A DNA stretch of 64,000 nucleotides, taken from NCBI GenBank assembly GCA_965224705.1, contig OZ245056.1, positions 2,496,001 through 2,560,000 on the forward strand, given 5' to 3'. The notes beneath the pieces are model-generated. The model ran no database searches and was not told where the DNA came from. It saw only the letters and a list, made by a program, of their open reading frames with translations. The position numbers and the translations under genes were made by a program. Shown here piece after piece: positions 58,858-64,000 of the stretch. The stretch comes from Spirochaetaceae bacterium (lineage in GTDB: Bacteria > Spirochaetota > Spirochaetia > DSM-2461). Position 1 is the stretch's first letter. The number at the start of each line of letters is the position of its first letter.

Positions 58858-60788
58858 GCAGGGATGCACAGAATTTCTATAAAACAATGCTCTCAGTCTG
58901 GGACAATTTGGACAGGGCCAATGATCAAACAGCAGATTCAGCGTATGAATTTTTGAAAGCACTGGCAGGTGTTCGGGAAACGGATAATCTGGAGGATGTT
59001 TTCCGGGATGCTGTCAATGCCGTGCATGCTGAGTTCGATAATGCACCGAAAGATAGAAAAGAGGCATTACTGAACCTTCAGCAATTGGTTGACGGCGGAG
59101 ATGCTGCGGAAGAAACCATTGTACATGCTGTTTGGAAGGCTTTTTTTCCTGAGGCTCTTCATCTTGACGATAACCCGGAAAAACAAATTGAACTGCTGCG
59201 CAAAAGTCGGCGGATTGATGTCCATAAGCTTGTTGATGATCCCATTGATGATGTTCCCGGCCAGATTGTATTTACTTCCAATGTTCTTCTTTCTCCGCCT
59301 GTTCCCAACAGGGATTCTGGTGCCATTGAAGAAGTGAAGAAGATTGTCCAGGGTGCTGATGAGGTCAATAAGGAATCTCAACAGTACTGGTATGATCATC
59401 CGATTCCTGTTGGTATTCCCCCGCAGAATGATGAAGTTGTGTATGGTCTGGAGGGAATGGCTCAAACTCTTGCTTTTGAGAAAAAACAAGGAACGGCTCG
59501 TCCATCGGATCGGCTGACCATACTGCTTTCCGTGTCCGTTACTCACCGCGGCCTTCATCGCTGGGCAGGACCCTGGCTCAAGGTGCAGCTGGCAGGACTG
59601 GAGAAAGAAAGATTTGAGGGACTGGATGTTTTTGCCTTTACGGAGGCGGATACGGATAAGATCGTCGATGTACTGCTTCCCTGGCTGGACAATCCTGATG
59701 ACGAAACTGCACTGAGGAAAACTTTTGGAGTTGATGGGGAATATGGCCGGCATTATTCCTTTTTGAAGGCCATGCCAGCTCTCTGGGCCATTCTGGATAA
59801 CCCAAAAATAAAGGCCACATTCAAAATTGATCTGGATCAGGTTTTTCCTCAGGAAGTTCTTACTGAGGAAACAGGGAAAAGTGCGTTTGAGCATTTCAGG
59901 ACTCCTCTCTGGGGAGCCCTTGGAAAAGATGTATCCGGACAGGACGTTGAGCTTGGCATGATTGCCGGGGCTCTGGTGAACGAGAAAGACATTTCTGATG
60001 GATTATTCACACCGGACATCCCATGGCCTTCTGATCTTCCTCAAGGTGGTGAATTCTTATTCTTCAAACAGAGGCCCATGGCGGTGTCCACTCGTGCGGA
60101 ACTCAATACCCGCAATGGAGATGTAGAACCCATACACCGCATACATGTGACGGGCGGAACAAATGGCATCCGGCTGGATGCCCTGCGATGCCACCAGCCT
60201 TTTACTCCCAGCTTCATTGGCCGGGCTGAAGACCAGGCCTACCTTCTCTCCGTTCTTACAAATTGGCGGGAACGGGCATCGTTAAGGTATGTCCATGCTT
60301 CTGGATTGATTATGCGTCATGACAAAGCCGCCTTTGCCGGTGATGCGGTAAAGGCAGGAAAAGCCGGTTCCCATGTTGGAGACCTGATCCGAATACTTGT
60401 ATTCAGTGCCTATGCCGGTTTCCTCCCCGATGGACCTGAAAAGATCAAAAAACTAATCGATCCCTTTACTGGATGTTTTATCACACCCCTTCCCATCACA
60501 CTTGTGCTGCTGAGTCTGGCCCTTCATCTTCTTTCCCCGGGCAGTGAGGACGGTCGAAAAAGAATTCTCTCCCTTGCCAATAAACGGCTGCCGGATTGGG
60601 TTAAAAACTATGATAGGAAATCGACATCGCTGAAAAGAATATGGCATCAGGAAAAACGTGGATGGAATGCGTACTATACAGCCCTCAATAACCTGGAAGC
60701 CGCAGTGAAGGCAGGGAGCGATGAAGCCCATCACACATCCAGACGATTCAAGGAAATTGTAAAGAACTGCAGAATAACGGACAGATGA
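58854..60788 (+). CDS. Conserved hypothetical protein (possible GT-A fold)
   Basis: 644 aa, translationally coupled on both sides; motifs YWYDHPI, GEYGRHYSFLKA, KIDLDQ, GGTNG, RAEDQAY, MRHDK. Confidence 0.75.
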   Translation: MSRDAQNFYKTMLSVWDNLDRANDQTADSAYEFLKALAGVRETDNLEDVFRDAVNAVHAEFDNAPKDRKEALLNLQQLVDGGDAAEETIVHAVWKAFFPEALHLDDNPEKQIELLRKSRRIDVHKLVDDPIDDVPGQIVFTSNVLLSPPVPNRDSGAIEEVKKIVQGADEVNKESQQYWYDHPIPVGIPPQNDEVVYGLEGMAQTLAFEKKQGTARPSDRLTILLSVSVTHRGLHRWAGPWLKVQLAGLEKERFEGLDVFAFTEADTDKIVDVLLPWLDNPDDETALRKTFGVDGEYGRHYSFLKAMPALWAILDNPKIKATFKIDLDQVFPQEVLTEETGKSAFEHFRTPLWGALGKDVSGQDVELGMIAGALVNEKDISDGLFTPDIPWPSDLPQGGEFLFFKQRPMAVSTRAELNTRNGDVEPIHRIHVTGGTNGIRLDALRCHQPFTPSFIGRAEDQAYLLSVLTNWRERASLRYVHASGLIMRHDKAAFAGDAVKAGKAGSHVGDLIRILVFSAYAGFLPDGPEKIKKLIDPFTGCFITPLPITLVLLSLALHLLSPGSEDGRKRILSLANKRLPDWVKNYDRKSTSLKRIWHQEKRGWNAYYTALNNLEAAVKAGSDEAHHTSRRFKEIVKNCRITDR

Positions 60789-61618
60789 GCTTCATCCAGT
60801 GGTTCCCTGGTCATATGGCTGGAACCAGAAGACTCATATCGGAAAATCTCAAACGGGTTGACGTTGTTATTGAAGTTCTGGATGCCAGAGCCCCAGAAGC
60901 CAGCCGCAATCCCCTTCTTGAGCAAATAACCCGGTCCAAACCTCGATTGATTGTGCTGAATAAAGATGATCTGGCTGATTCAGCAGTAACAGCTCTCTGG
61001 GCAGAGGCGTTCAAAAAGAATGGGAAGGTTTTACCTGTAAGAGTCTCAGGCAGGCAGAAAAAAAGCTTATCCTCCATTCCTCCGGTATGCAGGAAGCTTT
61101 GCGAGGGAAAGTCCTGGCTGGCTCGCCGCCCCGTCAGGGCCTTGATTGTCGGTATACCCAATGTGGGTAAATCAACCATTATCAATGGACTGGCAGGGAG
61201 AAGGAAGGCTGAAGCCGGAGCAACTCCCGGCCTCACACGCCAGCTAAACCGTATCCCTGTAAGCCGTCAGTTTGAGTTATTTGATACACCGGGTTTACTC
61301 TGGCATAAGTTTGAGAACCCGCAGACAGGTATCGTACTATCGGCTCTGGGAGCTATCAAGGAAACAGTTCTGCCGGAAGAAGAAGTCACCAGAAAAATTC
61401 TTGTTTACCTGGCGCAGCACTACCCGAAATCTCTTGCCGATCGCTATAAACTGCCTGATATACCGGAAGATTCCTATGAACTGCTGGATCTTATTGGCCG
61501 AAAGCGCGGTTGCATTACAACTGGAGAGATTGTTGATCTTCCACGCATCTGTCAGATGGTTCTCAAAGACATCCGGGAAGGAAAATTCGGGTGCATCAGT
61601 CTGGAGAGGCCCGATTAA
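60785..61618 (+). CDS. rbgA: Ribosome biogenesis GTPase RbgA/YlqF
   Basis: IQWFPGHM, DARAP, NKDDL, GIPNVGKS, DTPG. Confidence 0.95.
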   Translation: MSFIQWFPGHMAGTRRLISENLKRVDVVIEVLDARAPEASRNPLLEQITRSKPRLIVLNKDDLADSAVTALWAEAFKKNGKVLPVRVSGRQKKSLSSIPPVCRKLCEGKSWLARRPVRALIVGIPNVGKSTIINGLAGRRKAEAGATPGLTRQLNRIPVSRQFELFDTPGLLWHKFENPQTGIVLSALGAIKETVLPEEEVTRKILVYLAQHYPKSLADRYKLPDIPEDSYELLDLIGRKRGCITTGEIVDLPRICQMVLKDIREGKFGCISLERPD

Positions 61619-61629
61619 AGGGACTGGAA

Positions 61630-62667
61630 TCAGGGTTCTGGTCTTGCCAGTACCTTCCATTCTCCATCTGTATCCAGTCCCACAAGAAACACAAGGAAAT
61701 CGACTCCACTCAAGTCGATATGATTCATGTTATTCTCATTTCCCATAAATAAATACATATCCATACCCGGAGACCATTCCCTTGAAATATCGAACCATTC
61801 CGGGAACATATCGGAGTACGTCTCCATAGAGTATATCCTGTAGATGAAATGCTTTCTGTAATCCTGAATGGTTGATATGCCGGGAATACCTGATGGAAGG
61901 GGAAGGCTGTATTTCTGTCTTGAGCTGCCATCGTCAAGAATGTGTATTGTATCATTTTGTGAACGGTAGTATTCGGTTAGATCACCTGTAATACAGGAAT
62001 CAATAAATGAAAGTGAGAATTCCATGGCTGCCTGGGGGCCTGTATTAAAGGGCTGAGGACGATTGTTTTCGGAGTTGATCACTGGTGCCCGGGTGTAGGC
62101 CAGTTGTACAGAGGATCCTTCATGACCGGGTCGAATTGATTTTGCCTGTACCTCCCAGGCTTCCATCGATATGGCATAGATGGTTCCCTGGAGGGGTGTT
62201 CGGGGAGATGCAATCAGTTTTGCTTCAACGATACTGCGATCCCCTGAGTCAACCAATCGTCTGAGATCCTCAAACCAATTACTGTATGAATCATTTTCTT
62301 TCTGAACACTCTGGGCCCAGTCGTGTGTGAATAGTGAGGTGCCTGCCTGATTGAAAATCCTGACCTGGAGTGTAACAGGTCCACCTGAACTCTGGTGTTC
62401 ATAGCGGCTGCGAAGCCGCCAGATCCTGGTTGACTTCTTATTTGTGGAATGAGTCTTCACGGTATCCCAGTCGATGACGGCAATAGTGGTCCAACCCCTG
62501 GAGCTGTCCAGAATCACTGGAGGAGTTTCTGGTCCGCCGAATATTGTCAGTGTATCAGCAAGAGTATTCTGGGAATTGTCTGCATGGATTTGAAAAACTG
62601 ATATCAGGATCAGCAGCAGTAAAGGGAAGCGATAAATCATTGAATACCTCAATGAAAATATCGACAT
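61630..62667 (-). CDS. Exported hypothetical protein
   Basis: Signal-peptide-like N-terminus; long ORF; start uncertain. Confidence 0.7.
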   Translation of the reverse strand: MSIFSLRYSMIYRFPLLLLILISVFQIHADNSQNTLADTLTIFGGPETPPVILDSSRGWTTIAVIDWDTVKTHSTNKKSTRIWRLRSRYEHQSSGGPVTLQVRIFNQAGTSLFTHDWAQSVQKENDSYSNWFEDLRRLVDSGDRSIVEAKLIASPRTPLQGTIYAISMEAWEVQAKSIRPGHEGSSVQLAYTRAPVINSENNRPQPFNTGPQAAMEFSLSFIDSCITGDLTEYYRSQNDTIHILDDGSSRQKYSLPLPSGIPGISTIQDYRKHFIYRIYSMETYSDMFPEWFDISREWSPGMDMYLFMGNENNMNHIDLSGVDFLVFLVGLDTDGEWKVLARPEP

Positions 62668-62706
62668 TCAGATATTATTTTGTTAGCCTGATTTACAGGC
62701 TCCCAG

Positions 62707-62867
62707 GAGTCTGTCGGGTTTTAAGGCTTCGAGGCGATTTTTGATGATTTTTTCCTGATGCAAGGCGACAAAAACGGAGCGTAGCTGGGCTACGTGAGTA
62801 TTTTGGCAACACAGCAGCAGATAAAAAGGGCAAAAATCGAGCCGTGAGACGTAAATCCGACAGGCTC
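62707..62867 (-). mobile_element. MITE family A, full 161-bp copy
   Basis: Reverse complement is near-identical to 38264-38424; abuts the pbpC stop codon. Confidence 0.9.
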
Positions 62868-64000
62868 CTAAAGTTCCATGAGAACCGTCACACTCCGCTC
62901 CTGAGATAGGCCCTGGTCATCAAGCAGAATCAGATCATATTGACCGGGGGAAGGAGTCCATATCAGTGTTTCTTCCGGTTGGGTTTTTCCAAGAAAAATT
63001 CCATTGGCAAACCAGAATATCTCATTGACCTCTCCATCAACTGCTCCCATCAATGGAATTTTCCCGAAACGATCCAATTCGGGTCTGAGGATGTAGGTTG
63101 CCCTGGCGACGGGAGAAAGAATGGTTGGCTGAATCATCCTCCTGTCCGTATGGATTCCCTTATCTTCAAATGGGGGCGGTACGGGCCTGGGGATTCCTGC
63201 TTCCCGAAATAATTTGAGGAGATCAGAAGGCCATACCTCACGGACAATCATTTTTGTACCTGCTCCCTCAGTTCTCACTCTCAAACCTGTTTCTTCATCG
63301 ATCCAGAAAGGTCTGTGAATCCCGCACAGTTTAGCCGGTGAAATGCCGGGCATGAAAAGGGCCTGTTCCAGATGTTGGCAGTACTTTCCAGGAATGGATC
63401 CGGATATGGCACAGACCTCAATAATGCTTACCCCGGGCACAAATTTCAGACGGAAATTCTTAACTCTGCTTTCGAGGAGTTTGGTCATATCAAAAAGAAA
63501 GGGAGCCGCAATACTTCTTCCCAGAAAGGCCGGGTTTCCCTCTCCACTGAAATTCCCAATCCAGACAGCCATCACATAGGGGCCATGGAGACCAATGCTC
63601 CAGGCATCCTTGAATCCGATGGAAGTTCCCGTTTTCCAGGCCGCAGGTACTTCTTTACCGACAGGATTCCAACTCTCAGATATGGGGAATTCTTTTTCAG
63701 GGGAAGGATTCCGTTCCAGAATAAGCCGTATGACTCGAGATGCCTGGGGGCTCATTATATTTTTTTCAGGAAAAGATTTAAGTACTCGATCCCTTCCAAT
63801 TAAAATGTCTTTGAGTCTTCCTTCGTTTCCTATGGCAGCATAGAGTCCTGCCAGTTCAAGCATGGTTAATTCGGCCGTTCCCAAAACGATGGAAAGTCCA
63901 TAATGATTCTTCTCCTTCAGTTCTCCCACTTCTGCCAGGGCAAGAAGGTCGTGGAGGTCTAAATCGTGGAGATTGGAATTGAGTTCCACAGCGGGGATAT
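62868..64000 (-). CDS. pbpC: Penicillin-binding protein 1C, C-terminal part (5' end outside the window)
   Basis: YGLSIVLG, WKTGTS.G.KDAW, C-terminal BiPBP_C-like domain. Confidence 0.9.
   Translation of the reverse strand, partial: IPAVELNSNLHDLDLHDLLALAEVGELKEKNHYGLSIVLGTAELTMLELAGLYAAIGNEGRLKDILIGRDRVLKSFPEKNIMSPQASRVIRLILERNPSPEKEFPISESWNPVGKEVPAAWKTGTSIGFKDAWSIGLHGPYVMAVWIGNFSGEGNPAFLGRSIAAPFLFDMTKLLESRVKNFRLKFVPGVSIIEVCAISGSIPGKYCQHLEQALFMPGISPAKLCGIHRPFWIDEETGLRVRTEGAGTKMIVREVWPSDLLKLFREAGIPRPVPPPFEDKGIHTDRRMIQPTILSPVARATYILRPELDRFGKIPLMGAVDGEVNEIFWFANGIFLGKTQPEETLIWTPSPGQYDLILLDDQGLSQERSVTVLMEL

Overview
64-kb bacterial chromosomal segment, most consistent with a free-living spirochaete (Spirochaetota; inferred from the short Smc, the ffh-rpsP-khpA-rimM-trmD-rplS-yraN context, alpha2-type GlyRS and typical hypothetical genes). 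It is mostly housekeeping and metabolic genes (class III aminotransferase + IclR, avtA, sbcB, djlA, FlhG/MinD, LarA-family protein, CoA-activase fusion, cysteine desulfurase, pepD, lnt, smc, coaD, LysM amidase, hisZGB, hsp20, gltX, glyQS, tyrS, rbgA, pbpC). The stand-out accessory element is a GC-richer insert at ~50.5-55.7 kb that truncates a host gene. It encodes a 1574-aa NLR-like protein (unknown N-domain, TIR, NACHT/STAND, degenerate pentapeptide-like region, 14 WD40 repeats). Its 123-bp WD40 units are nearly identical in DNA but hypervariable at the predicted ligand-binding positions, as in fungal HET-E/HNWD allorecognition receptors. The window also holds an IS with an IS1-like transposase plus two short derivatives, and a 7-copy nested MITE family (TIR GAGTCTGTCGGA, target often CTGG) with an ERIC/Correia-like core and secondary palindromic inserts. 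Smaller items are a probable iota-class carbonic anhydrase, a 30-bp-repeat lipoprotein with a C10 tract, and an uncharacterised probable GT-A-fold enzyme. No tRNA, rRNA, CRISPR array or reverse transcriptase was seen. All calls were made by eye from motifs; no database search was run.
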